Assembly (NCBI RefSeq): GCF_011745625.1 | Contig: NW_027191456.1 | Span: 682,001 to 746,000 of the forward strand | Origin: Cladosporium halotolerans | Taxonomy: Eukaryota | DNA length: 64,000 bases | Direction: 5' to 3' | In this document: one piece after another, positions 22,129 to 33,910 of the stretch | How the letters are laid out: every line of letters begins with the position of its first letter | How positions within the stretch are numbered: position 1 is the stretch's first letter | Translations under genes and position numbers: made by a program | The notes under the pieces: model-generated | What the model saw: the letters and a program-made list of their open reading frames with translations, nothing else | Told to the model about the DNA's origin: nothing | Databases searched by the model: none

Positions 22129-23142
22129 GCTCTCTGGTAAATGGTGCACGGTGCTGTGGCAGAGTTTCATTTTGGGAGGGACTTTCTGGAAGTAAAGGGA
22201 GTGGCGAATGTGTGATCTAACGATCGCATAGAGCTGCTACTCGCTGGGCGGATTACTTCAATAGGATCGATGGAATGAATATACTGTTTTTCTTTCAACA
22301 TTATCATACTCTTTATCTAATGATCTCAGTTGCATCAAACGATGTAATGAAACCAATGGGGGAGCAATCCTTTGCGTTCTTCACGTTGCCGTTAAGGCCT
22401 ATGTGGAAATGTGGTACGGCATGGGTCCTTTGCAATATGAAGATGGTGTATTTGATGACTTGTAGGTGAACAACCAAGTCCCATCACAGCTTTCATCACT
22501 GCGAAGTAGATACGTTAGGCGCTTGAGACTCGAGAGCTAATAGCTATTCACAAATGGATGCTCAGTATTGACTCCGAGAAACCCTGAGGCTGTCATTTTG
22601 CAAACTGGTGTTTTCGATTCATCGATCCTAGACTTCTTCAAACATGAGATCCCAAACAATGCTTATCCGTGAAATTGCTAATCACATGGATCGAGACCTT
22701 CCTTGACCAACCTCACGGTATTCACCACGATATATACAATGACATTGCAAATCCTCGCCAATGGCATACAACGCGCCGCCCCGTGACTGACCACGGGGCC
22801 CATTCAAGGGCTTCAATGGTCATTCACTAACAGCAGATGGCGTCGTGCTGGCCGTTCGTTAACCTCTTTCACTACAGCGCATGGCTCGTCGTAGCAATCG
22901 TAGTGCCGCTTTAAATGGGGCTCTTGGGTTCTGTCGCTGGTGATCTTTTTGTTCGCAACATTCGAGCAACGAGCCAGAGAAGATCATCCTCCTACAGCAG
23001 CTACAAGGTCTTACAGCTCAAAACGAGAATAGACGACCAGTCTACCTGCTCGAACAACGGTAAATTCGGCATCACCTTAGAAGGTTCGTCCTCGATCAGT
23101 ATCTCGCGACTTCGACTTGGATCGTTGCTGATTCTACCAGTC

Positions 23143-23421
23143 ATGGGTAAGCCAAACACCACGCGCAAGGTCGCTGAGGGCCACTGCAGTGCGTGTGGCC
23201 CATCCAAGGGCCACGCTCACACCTCTGGAAAGCACGGCGGGCATTGCACCAAGCACGAGAAGATCTGCCCAAACCACAAGGCCTATTGCTTCATCATCAA
23301 AGATGGATGCAACAAGTGCAGGGAAGATGCTACCCGCGAGGAGGAGAGGAAGAAGAAAGAGGCGAAGAAGCAGGCGGAGAAGGAGAAGAAGCAGTCCGAG
23401 AAGCAGTCCGGGAAAAAGTAG
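23143..23421 (+). CDS. Small Cys/His-rich protein, 92 aa with charged Lys/Glu tail (tandem paralog B)
   Basis: Same ligand pattern as 21847-22128; homology starts at ATG 23143 (MGKPNTTR). Confidence 0.72.
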   Translation: MGKPNTTRKVAEGHCSACGPSKGHAHTSGKHGGHCTKHEKICPNHKAYCFIIKDGCNKCREDATREEERKKKEAKKQAEKEKKQSEKQSGKK

Positions 23422-24051
23422 ATTGCCATTCTGCCATGAGAAGTAGGCTTTTACCTGCTTCAAATGTTGGGCATCTGCTCGATGTCATGGTAAGGAACTG
23501 ACCATGGATCTTCTTGGAAAACCAAAACTCAAACTCGATTCTACAATGACGAGTTTCATGAATAATGATACGGCGATACGGTGTTTGCTTTTCTGCGGGT
23601 GCTTGGGTTTCTGAATGAACGGTTGCTCCTGAGATTGGGAAACCGTAGCTAGCAATGATAATCAATTCGAGTTGGATATTTCGTATTTTATTTCCACATG
23701 TGTCATACTCTGTTGAAAATGTGTTGAAGCGCAGAAGAACGTTAGTCGTAACGTGGATGTCTTCGAACTTGTGTCACAATGCCAAACTATGCCACCCTGC
23801 TTCGAGACTTCGTTACAGTGATTGGTTCATTCTGCTTTCTAGACCTGCGTTGAGGAAGCACTCGGTGAGTTATTGAGCCAGTGATGACAAATCTCGAATA
23901 TTTTCGAGAAACGTAGTCCAAAAGTCTGTATTGTACCGCTTCGAATACCTCCTACAACAACTAAAAACAATTGCAAAATTCTTCTCATCGCAGAATAACA
24001 CACAGCCTCCCGTGGTGAGCACGACAGGTCGTTTGACCGACCCTTCACTCA

Positions 24052-25545
24052 TCACTCATCGTCACTCTCTGGATCCGAGTCAGGCACGTATTCATCACAA
24101 CCTCCGTACGGATGGTTCCAGTAGCCCTCCTCGAGCTCACGGCGGAACGATGTCAGATACCCCTCCGTCACACCATGTTCAACGCCTTCCTGGTTGAAAC
24201 CCCAGCTGCAAAACAATCTTGTGAAATCGTTGAGGTGTTCCCGCTTTTCCCTGAAGCATCGCTTGACGTTCGCCCGCTCCTGTGAGCCTTTGGGATACCG
24301 ATTCACCAAAGTTTTGACGAAATGCTTGCGCAGAAGCTTCAGTTGCGCCTCGTCGTCTTCGTGGTTTTTGCATTCGATGAGCGTTGCAGGATACTCGAAA
24401 AGGTAGTAGGATGGGCCAGTGTACGCCCAATCCCAATCGATGACGCCAGTGATTCTGGGAGGAAGCTCCGGATCGGGATGTACGACCATGATGTTCCAGG
24501 TGTTCAGATCGTTGTGTATCAAGCGGAATGGGGGCTCCATGTTTGGGTCTGGGTTTCCCTTCAGCCAACGTGCGATCTCCTCTTTGATCTCCGGATACAA
24601 ATCCATTGCCTCTTTGGGGCGATGTAGCCTGTTCTCGTTGAGGCTGGCGCGAACGTAGTCGAGAGTCGTCGTGAAAGGCCCTTCCAGGTCGTCGAACGCT
24701 TCACGCGATATGTTCAAGAGCGGACCAACAGCGCCTTCGCTAGTCAACGAGCCAATCTTGTCAAAGTGCAGGTCTGCAAGCTGTCCGACGATATTGGCCG
24801 TCTGCTCGACGATCGAAAGCTTGTGTGACGTGGAGAGGCAACCCCAGATGTCGCTCAACCTCCCACCCTCGATCCTCTCCATGAACACGAAGGGTGAACC
24901 GACCACATGGTTCTCATTATAGTTCACGAGGAAGGTCTTCGGTACAGGGATGCTCGTGTGCTCCCGAACGTACTCGATAGTCGCGAGCTCGCTTTCAGTC
25001 TTGAGCAACCGCTCTTCCTCGCGCGTGAAACGGGCGATGCAAGTCCAGCCATCCTCAAAATGCAGCAAACGTACCTCATGGAAGGTGCCACGAGGGATTG
25101 TTGTGATATCGACACAAGCACCGTGTGAGCCAGGGATGAATTGAGTGGCCATATGCTTGATTGCGTCGTAGTTGAGGACCAAAGGTGGTGGCTCGTCGCT
25201 GAACCAGGACTTAGTGGTGGCGTGAGAGCCATCGCTACGGGTGCTATTCGACGAGGAGCTGCGGCTCTCGTTGTCGCCATCGTGGTCATCGTTATTGTCT
25301 CCAGGCTCTTCATGGTCGCTGTCCTCGATTTCGTTGTCTGTCACATCGCCAACGTCCTCTGAGCAGTCCATCACGGCCTCGTCGTCGGTGGGATGGTCAG
25401 AAATGGATTCATCGTGGGTCATGGAGACCTCCGTAGCGACCTGTTCCCCTGGATCTTGCACTTTCTCAAGCCAAGCATCATCCACCTCACGCAAGAGCTC
25501 GAGGAGATATTCCTCGATATACTCCATTTCGAGGTCCTCATCCAT
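24052..25545 (-). CDS. Phosphotransferase (APH/choline-kinase-like) family protein with acidic N-terminus
   Basis: GTFHEV P-loop, SELATIEYVR..TSIPVP, FVFMERIEG, Brenner motif HNDLNTWNIMV, GVIDWDWA. Confidence 0.85.
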   Translation of the reverse strand: MDEDLEMEYIEEYLLELLREVDDAWLEKVQDPGEQVATEVSMTHDESISDHPTDDEAVMDCSEDVGDVTDNEIEDSDHEEPGDNNDDHDGDNESRSSSSNSTRSDGSHATTKSWFSDEPPPLVLNYDAIKHMATQFIPGSHGACVDITTIPRGTFHEVRLLHFEDGWTCIARFTREEERLLKTESELATIEYVREHTSIPVPKTFLVNYNENHVVGSPFVFMERIEGGRLSDIWGCLSTSHKLSIVEQTANIVGQLADLHFDKIGSLTSEGAVGPLLNISREAFDDLEGPFTTTLDYVRASLNENRLHRPKEAMDLYPEIKEEIARWLKGNPDPNMEPPFRLIHNDLNTWNIMVVHPDPELPPRITGVIDWDWAYTGPSYYLFEYPATLIECKNHEDDEAQLKLLRKHFVKTLVNRYPKGSQERANVKRCFREKREHLNDFTRLFCSWGFNQEGVEHGVTEGYLTSFRRELEEGYWNHPYGGCDEYVPDSDPESDDE

Positions 25546-27088
25546 GTTGTGCGGACGCTTCAGGATGAACGCTCGCAGGAAGATTTTCTGATGTATGAAA
25601 GAGCAGATCGACAAATCGGCGCAGGCTCTCACAAGACTAGCGAAGCGTCGACCGTGTTTATGTCCCCCGTGGAAACACGAGCCCTGCGCGTTATTGAGCG
25701 AGCGGTGGCCAGCAAACTACAAAGGCAAGCGCGCGGCGCAACAAAGGAGGCGACAGCGGTGGCCAAGCGGGCTCTATGCCGTTGTTAGTGAAGGACGACA
25801 ATGCGCTCGCCTCTCGCTCTCCGAAAGTCACGGCGCATGACTGGGTATTCACTAACGAGACACCGCATTTTATTATTTCCAGCATTCACCGTCCTGGGAA
25901 GGAGCGATCACGGCTACCTTTTCATTCCATGGCGGACTCGAATTGTCCAAAAAGAAATCGGTCAGCAAACAAAGCGGTGTCTCCTCTCAAATGTCTCGAC
26001 TTCACTTGCCTGCGCAATTTAATGCTCATCCGTGCCCAATCAAACCCCCCACTTCACTTGCGAGCCTCAGGTGTCAACTCGAACGGAGCGGTGTCTCCCA
26101 ATGGGTCGTTTGACTTCACTTCACTTATCCGCCAAGCGAACTTCACGCCTCCCTCTAGAAGCCTCCTCTTCGACCGAACCCATGCACATCTGAGGACGAA
26201 ATAACGTCAACATTGAGAAATGTCATCATCTTCAAGTAAAAACAAAACTGTCATTCTGCCTCATATCCGGCAGTCTACCCACTCGCAAAGCAGCAAATCC
26301 TCCTCCTACAGCACTTGCAACGCTACTAGCCGTCTGTGCTGGACCTGGATGCATGGAAAGAATCAGAAGCAAAATCTCAAGAGGAACCAAAAGTCCCTCG
26401 CATTGTGTAAACTAAACCGAGGCCACGCCGCCTGTCCATTTCTCATCGAATGGAAGTGGGAACGATCAGGAACGAAGTTTCAATCAGAACGATCCGAACC
26501 CAGCTCATTAGATTAACATAAAAGCAGAAGAAGAACACACTCTTCGAACACCGTGAACGCCGTGCCGAAGGCTTGAATGACCGCAGAGCAAAAATGGAAA
26601 AGGAATGCCATCAATAAGAAACACCGCTGTGCGCGAATGATTTCCCCGATCCGTTCGTTCCGACCTCCCTGCCGTGTTTTAGACCTTTCCAGATTCGAAC
26701 CTTCTTCCCCTTCGTCCGTCCGCCCGTCCGCCCGTCTGTCCGGCTGGCTTCTTCGCTCCCGAGATTTCATTTCTGTACAGGGAACAAGCAAGCGTGACGG
26801 CAAAGCGAAGGCAAAGCAAAGCAAAACGAGAACGGCACGTACAGGGCAGCGCTGGCGCTCGGGCGGAGACGATGCTGTGTCGCCGTCGGAACCGGCCTCC
26901 TTTTCGCCTCTCCATTTTCGCGTGCTGAAATGTCTGTTCTTTTCCCAGTTGCGCCGGACCCAATGCATGGATGGAAATTGTATCTTTGTTCGTAAGCTTC
27001 ATGCGGTAGCCACCGGCGGCAGCTTCTGGAGGGCCGCTGGGGCTACGGGGCTCGAGAAAAAGGAACGACGCCGGTGACGTGGGCCGTC

Positions 27089-30000
27089 CTAGATGTCCTC
27101 GAGCATGCCGTGGTTGAAATCGCCGTCGTGATGCGTCTGCTCGACGCCACTCATGCGGTCGCCGCTCTTGGCGTTGATGAAACCGGACTTCTCCTCGACG
27201 GGGCTGTCCAGGTCCGTGCGGTCGGCGTACTGCTGCTCGAGGGTGCTCTCGTCGACGAAGGTGAAGCCCTTGAATTGGTTCTGCATGGTAGGGCTGAGCG
27301 GGGTGCTGTTGGTGTCCACGCCGCTAGCGAGGGCGGCAGCGCGCGCGTTCAGGGAGGAGGGGTTGCCGTCGCTGAGGGCGTTGGTGAACTCGGGGTCGAA
27401 GTTGCTGGTGTCAAGCTCGCCCTTCAGTTTAGGCTTGAAGGGAGGGGAGACCATCTTCTTGCTGAGTCTGTTCCAGTCAACGTCGTTGAAGAAGGGGTGG
27501 GCCATCAGCTCCTCCGCGTCGCCCTTTGCACCCAGACGGTGTGCCGGGTTACGGTTCAGCAGACCCTTGACGAAGTTGCGACCCTCGTTCGAAAGAGCGT
27601 CCCGCGGGAAGCGGACCTTGCCAAAGGCGATATTCTTATACATCTGCTGGGTGTCCTCGGCGTAGAAGGGCGACCAACCACAGCACATCTCGAAGACAAG
27701 CACACCAAGGGACCAGAAATCGACCATCTTTGTGTAGCCAGCCTCATCCAGAAGCACTTCAGGAGCCAGGTACTCAGTCGTGCCGCAGAAAGTGTTGGTG
27801 ACGTCGTCCTTGGCCAGGTTGGCCTTTGAGAGGCCGAAATCGCAAAGTGCGATGTGTCCATTGGCGTCCAGGAGGATGTTCTCAGGCTTCAGGTCACGGT
27901 ACACAATGTCGTGCTGGTGCAGATGGCGGAGAGCGAGAATAAGCTCAGCAATATAGAACTTGGCGCGATCTTCAAGGAACCTGCCTTCCTTTTGCAGGTG
28001 CCAGAAAAGCTCACCACCAGACATGTAGTCTGTCACAAGGTAGAGATCCGCTGTTGTCTGGAAAGAGAACTTAAGGCCAACGATGAATGGAGACTCGGTG
28101 GATGCCGTGCGCACGAGAATGTTGCGCTCGCCGATGGTATGCTGGATTTCCTTCTTTTGCACGATAACCTTCTTCGAAAGTACCTTCATGGCGTAGATGC
28201 GTTTGGTGTCCCTCTTTCTCACCTGGAAGACCTGGCCGAAAGTACCTTTACCGATCAACTTGAGGACTTCGAAATCATCGGGTCCAAAGGTCTTCTTGCC
28301 AGTGCTGTGAAAGGCGATCCTCACGCGAATCTCTCCAGAAATGTGTCCCTCATGCTGGTCGTCTCCTTGGAGCTTGTACCAGCCCTCATGCTGGTGCTCG
28401 TAATCCTCGAGGTTGATAGGGATTCTGACGTGTCCAAGGAAAGCCTCGTTGTTCACGTTGTCGTAAACCGAAACGTCGAGCTCGTTCTGTTCACCGACAA
28501 CATCAAACTGTGCAGTATGTTTCCAGTTGGGGTTGGTGGTCTGCTCGTTCTTGCTTGCTCGCTTGAGGTCGGCAATGTTGGTTGAGCTGGTCTGTCGACT
28601 CGGCATACCGGGGATGGGGCGAGGTGTGCCAGAGCCACTTCCTATCCGGCGCATAGCAACACCCCTTGCCAGGTTCTCATCACCAGAATTTGAGTTGCCG
28701 TCGACGGCGGTGTCCATTTCATCTTCTTTCGCAGCTCCGCTGGAGACATCCTCACTCTGTTGGAAAACGCAGACGACGTAGGGCTGGATGCTGGGCTTCA
28801 GACCGCGACCTTCCTCGACGACGACTTCAAGCTGTCCTTTCTGCTGTGCAACGACGACCTCCTGTGAATCCGAACCAGTCCGGACGGGCTTTGCATCCTC
28901 ACCTCTTCTACTCTCGTGCGAGCCGGATCGAGGAGTGAGAGGGGGTGTGTTCTGATCACGGCGCTCAGCGCCTTCTGTTAGCTCTTTCTTCTCTTCAGAT
29001 GTGCTAGGTGCGCGGGCGGCGGCGGTGAATGTGGCTTCGGCAGGCGTGGAGGGGTCGGATGCAGGGTTTGAGATGTGACCAGTGACCGCAGGCTTGGTAA
29101 CTATGCTGGAGAGAGCGTCCGATACAGTGTCCCGGCGGAGCGGCATTGGAGGGCGAGGCCGTGAGCTGCTCTCCTCGGCAGCATCTTCTTGTGGGGGGGT
29201 CTGCTCAGTCATGCTAGGGGTGCGAGAGTTCTCATTGCTGGTCATGTGAAGGGAGGGGTCCTTCGAGTCCGGCGGGGTAGGCATAGCAGTTGTGGGTGTG
29301 GGCTTGTCCGAGTGCGGCATTTCGTGCGGTAGGAGTGGTGGGGACTCGCAGAGTTGGTCCTCAGGACTTGCCTTTGCGACGGGCGAGGAGAGGGCGGGCA
29401 GGTCCTGCGATGTGTGCTCGGGAAGGGCCATGCTAGTGTCCTGGGGTGTGGACGTGGAAGGTGCGGGTGCGGAAGACATGCTAGGGGCAGACGAAAAATC
29501 ACGAACCTGCACAAAGTAGTTGTTTGGTAGGGCCGGGACCCGTTTGTCATTGTGGAGATCAGGCCGTGGCGTGGCAGTACCGCCGGGTGGAGTCGAAGCG
29601 CCAGAGCCGATGTGATCTTGGACGTCGTCCTCGGGCGGCTGGCGGCTGCTGTGGGAGGCGTGCGAGTCAGCGGAAGGCATGGCGGGTGCGACAGGGGAGC
29701 GGTGCTAATGCAGGCAACAAAACAAGCAGAAACGCGGTGGCACCTGTGGTGTCTTGGGGGCGAACGGAGCAGCGAGGTGAGGCGGGTGGGATTTGGCAGC
29801 GGGAGCCCAATTGGAGCGTCGCGGGGCGCTGTGAGCAGCGCAGCGACGCCAGCGAATCTCTTGGGGCGGTCGGACCGAGGCGTGGCCGAGCGGGCGCGAG
29901 AGAAAAACGCGGAAGAGGGCAAATGCTAGCTCGAGCGCGCCCCACGCGCACATGCTGGAGCGCGAATGGCCGTGTGCGCAGGCCGCGCCGGTGTTTTCGA

Positions 30001-30423
30001 GCAATCCCCAACGCCGACGGTGTCGCATCGCGGCAGACGCTGCGCTGCTGCTGGTTGTGCGCTGTGGCGAGCCTGAGGCCGCCCAATTTTCGAGGCTCAC
30101 CGCGCGGGTGGCGGTGCGTGCTGGCGGCCTGCCTGCGCCGCCCTGTGCTGCCCTGTGCTGTGCCGCGCGGAGAAGAACAGGCGAAGAAAGGCGGCAGAAC
30201 CGCGCAGCCTTCCCAGCAGCGCCGCGCAAGCACGTGAATTGCCGGCAGGGGTGGTGCCGCGCTGAAACGCACACAGGCGGGTAAAGGGCAGAGCAGATAA
30301 CGCAAACGAAACATGTGAAAGCAGGACGTACCTTTGCGAGCCGGACATGGCCTGCCGCAGCAGGTCTGCGGCCGTGTTGGGGTTCAAGTGGGCGTGCCCG
30401 GACCCGTCGTAAGGGCTAGCCAT
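27089..30423 (-). CDS. SCH9: AGC Ser/Thr kinase Sch9/Sck1 with C2 domain; exon 30423-30332, intron 30331-29649, exon 29648-27089
   Basis: GKGTFG, YRDLKPEN, DFG, TFCGTTEY, hydrophobic motif FKGFTFVDE; donor GTACGT and branch CTGAC..CACAG splice MASPY..SQ in frame to SSRQPPE. Confidence 0.92.
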
Positions 30424-32164
30424 GGTGCTGGCAGTAGTCGGTCTGCCTAACCAGCTCCGTGTGCTGCGAACGCTGGCGGCACTCGGGCGCCTGGAGGAGG
30501 TGGCCGTCCTGGACGACGTCGGGCTGCCGAGCGGGCTGGGGGCGAATGGCACGATGTTGATGGTCGAGAGCGTCGGTATGGCGCTGGCGGACTTCGTGGA
30601 GACGTGGCCGGGGCGGCGGCCGGGTGGGCGAGGTGGTGGTAGAGGCGGATCGCGCGAGTCCAGACGCCGCTTCCTCTCCGGCTGCGTGGTGTCCAGGCGG
30701 TAGTCCACCTTGCCGGTCGAGGGGTGACGGAGCGAAGTGGTAGCCACGGTTGAGGTTGCGTGCGGTGGCGATGGAGGCAGCCGGTGATGGACGCGATGGA
30801 GCAGAAGCGGCTGCAGACAATGTCGTAAGCACCGACCTATACAGAGTTCGAGGCTGGCACGATGGTGATTGGCGATTGCGTTTCTGCGGAGGAGAGGGAG
30901 GCAGGCCAGGTCTGCGCAGAGGTCAAGGCGCGCACCAGCGGGATGACCTCATCGACCTCGATTTACGATTCACACGTGCAGCCCGCGTTGCACTGACCTG
31001 AGCCGAGAGCTGCGTTCAAAGAGGAAAGCCGCGAGAGCCAGATTGGCGAGCTGGTGAGGCCATGCAAGGCCTGCATTGGCGTCTGCAATGCAGATTGTTG
31101 TGGGCGACGGCGCAGCCGGCAGGGTCTAACGAAGACGGTCCCCTACTGTAGTCTACTGCACATCCGCACGAGCAGCCGAGCATCGCGGCGGCTGAAAGAA
31201 TGCAGAGCACCAGGGCTGAGGGAAGGCTGCTTATTTTGCAAAACCCGCCCGGAAGGATGCCAATGGGAACGAGTCAGAAATGGCTACCTAGGGTGAGATC
31301 CAGCCCTCAAACCCTGCCCGGTACCGCAATCTCGGAGGCTACGCCGTGTCGACAAAACATGCGCTCACATCTCGCTGTTCTGCATGCAAAAACGCCTATT
31401 ATGCTCAGGTACCGTCAAATATGCATCACAATATAGCCGCGGCGATGGCGCATCTTCCGACGGGTTGATCTAGCTGGCAGTGCATCCCTCCAGCATAAGA
31501 GAATACTGTTGCAAGCGACGAGGTGCATCGACGTCTGTCGGAAGAGCATTCTATTGGGCTCACGATCAAGCCGCCGTCTCTCACCGCATCGCACCGGCTG
31601 CCGATCATCACCAAAGCTCCCTGACAACCCGAGGTGGTACAAATCTCATTCGATTCTACTGGCTCGCCTGTTTTGGCCAGAAATGCGGGCATATCCCACT
31701 GTAGCTGCAGGCTGCAGCAGCTCCAGACCTCGGGTAAAAGTCTTGAACAACGTCAATGTCAATAGGAACGCTGGCCGGGTTCCGTGGTCAGCGTCAGCGG
31801 CGTTTGCAATCGAGAAGCATTTGCCGACTCTATAGCACATTCGGGAATCTTGGCTAAGGCTTGACACAGCAAAGACGACACATCAATTCAATTCTCAAAT
31901 CCTTGGTTGCTAAATACAGGACTGACGACTCATGGGCGAAAACGAACAAATGACTACAATACCCATTGATCGATTCAGTAATCAGACCTGCTCTGTACAT
32001 GTCGCTTGATATCACGAGCCACCACCACAGCTTGATGCTCCTGCCGTTCTGCATCCCACAGATGGAGGGTCTTGAACAGCAATGCAGTCACCGAAACCAC
32101 AGCATTTTTTGGATAGCCCTCAATGCAAGTACTACACGCATTCTACAGCATCATACCCTCCCAT

Positions 32165-33181
32165 CTACAATTTACTCCCCACCGTCTTCCTCTGCCCCAC
32201 AACCCTCATCTTCGCCCTCCCATTGCTCAAACAAACCTTCCCGCCCTTAACGCTCGTCACAAACCTCACCTCCTCCCACTCTTCCCCATCCCTCTTCCCA
32301 GTCCTCCAAATCTGCGTCACCAAACAATCCCCCGGCTTAACCGGCGACGCAAACCGCGCCGCAAACTCCCTCAGATTCCCCGGCTCGCTGCCGCCCAACA
32401 ACTTCAGCAACCCCATCGCCGTCGAGTTCCACGAGTACAGCCCGTGCAGAATCGCGCCGCCGAACCCCATCGCCGCCCCGGGCTCCGGCGTCGCGTGCAG
32501 CGGGTTGTAGTCGCCGTTCAGCCGGTACAGGTGCGGCGTCTCGGCGCTCGTCTGGTGCTCGTACACAGCGTCGGGCTTCTTGCCCTCGGGGGGCGGGAAG
32601 TTCTGCGCCTTGGGGCCCTTGGGGCCGCCCCAGCCGCCCTGGCCGACGAAGAAGGCGGAGCCGGTGATTTTGGCGTACGTTTCGCCGCTCGCGGCGTCGA
32701 CGAGGTCCATCTGCGTCTCCATGACGGTGCCGGGCTTGCCTTTGTCGTAGACGCCGAGGATGCGGCGGCGCAGCTCGAAGCGGCGGCCTTCGGAGGAGGT
32801 CGGGATGGGTTTGAGGAAGGTCATGGAGCGCTCGCCGTCGACGACGCGTTTGGAGTCCAGCGCGGGGACGCCGGGGATGCCGGCGTCGGAGGCGGATTGC
32901 GCGGCGTAGAAGTCGATTACTTCTTGGGTCGTCTTTTTGAAGGGCAGGATGATGGGGTAGGTGGGGAAGGCGGCGAAGTTGGGGTGGAGTTCCTGGGTGG
33001 TGTGTTAGAGGTCATTTGCTAATGGTGTGTTGGTTTGTCTGCATTAGCAATTGCGGCTTACATAGAGGAAGTGAAGCTCGTCGACTGTGGCTCCAATGCT
33101 CGTGGCGAACAGTAGCACGTCTCGCTTTAGCCAGCTGACGGCTTCAGGTGGATATTCGTGACCAGCTCCAGGTGCCGCCAT
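32165..33181 (-). CDS. Peroxisomal MaoC-like enoyl-CoA hydratase 2 (double hot-dog); exons 33181-33062, 32992-32165
   Basis: WLKRDVLLFA..LHFLY|ELHPNF, hydratase-2 motif YRLNGDYNPLH, ILHGL, RFASPVKPG; C-terminal SKL (PTS1). Confidence 0.92.
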
Positions 33182-33340
33182 TTTCTCTCGTGTCCTATGA
33201 GTGATTTATAGATTGATTGAAAATATGAAGACAGTGTGCAGATACAAATAGTAGATAGGAATATATGTTCAGGTCAGAGTTCATGAGCAGATGCGAGACG
33301 CGGGGAGAGGTGTTGATCTGGGGCCGGGGTGTCAACTTTG

Positions 33341-33346
33341 CCTCGG
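33341..33346. promoter_or_regulatory. CCTCGG FarA/FarB (Ctf1) fatty-acid response element
   Basis: Exact core motif 160 bp upstream of a peroxisomal beta-oxidation gene. Confidence 0.4.
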
Positions 33347-33910
33347 CAGCTTTCAAGGGTGATTACCGACGACAGGCGACGTCGGGTACAGTTCATCCTT
33401 GACAACTCGGCGAAGAAAGAAGAATGTTTGTTTGCGTGATAGCTACCCTATGGAAAGCTCGCTGCTCTCAAATTCCAATGTACTGCAGGTCATTCCCAGC
33501 ATGCTTCCTGCAGTGCACGACCGTATCTCAACACAGTTCCAGAAGCGCTATGGACGGGAGAGACGACCGGGGCTCATCATTCCGCGCCGCATCCGACAAC
33601 GTTTCTCGCGAGATCTTAGAAAAATTAGATCAGCTGTCATTGCTGTTAGTTGTCGAGAGAGCGATCTCATAACGATATACGCTGGAGTACCAGTCACATT
33701 TTCGGGAAGGATGAAGAGTGGAAAATAAAGAATCAAATGTTGCGAAGAAGCCAAAAATCAATTGCAAACGCCAATGAACATGCTAATTTCTATACAATAC
33801 AGAAGTCGGCGAACAGGTTTTGGTGGCCTTTCCCGAGCCTCTTGAATGCTCAGACTTCCCAGTCTGATGGTGCGAGACTTGCGGAGAACTGGAAAGGTCA
33901 GCGAATCCAT

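Larger units (their letters stand above)
21578..23421 (+). repeat. Diverged tandem duplication (units ~21578-22128 and ~22684-23421)
   Basis: ACATGaATCGgGACC...GTATTCACtACGcTATATACAATGACATTG...CCAATGGCAcACAAC at 21578-21667 recurs at 22684-22772, followed by homologous leader and CDS. Confidence 0.85.

Noticed and set aside
22915..23142. Longer 168-aa version of micro-protein B
   Set aside because: Protein homology with paralog A starts at ATG 23143; the upstream part aligns to the non-coding leader of copy A
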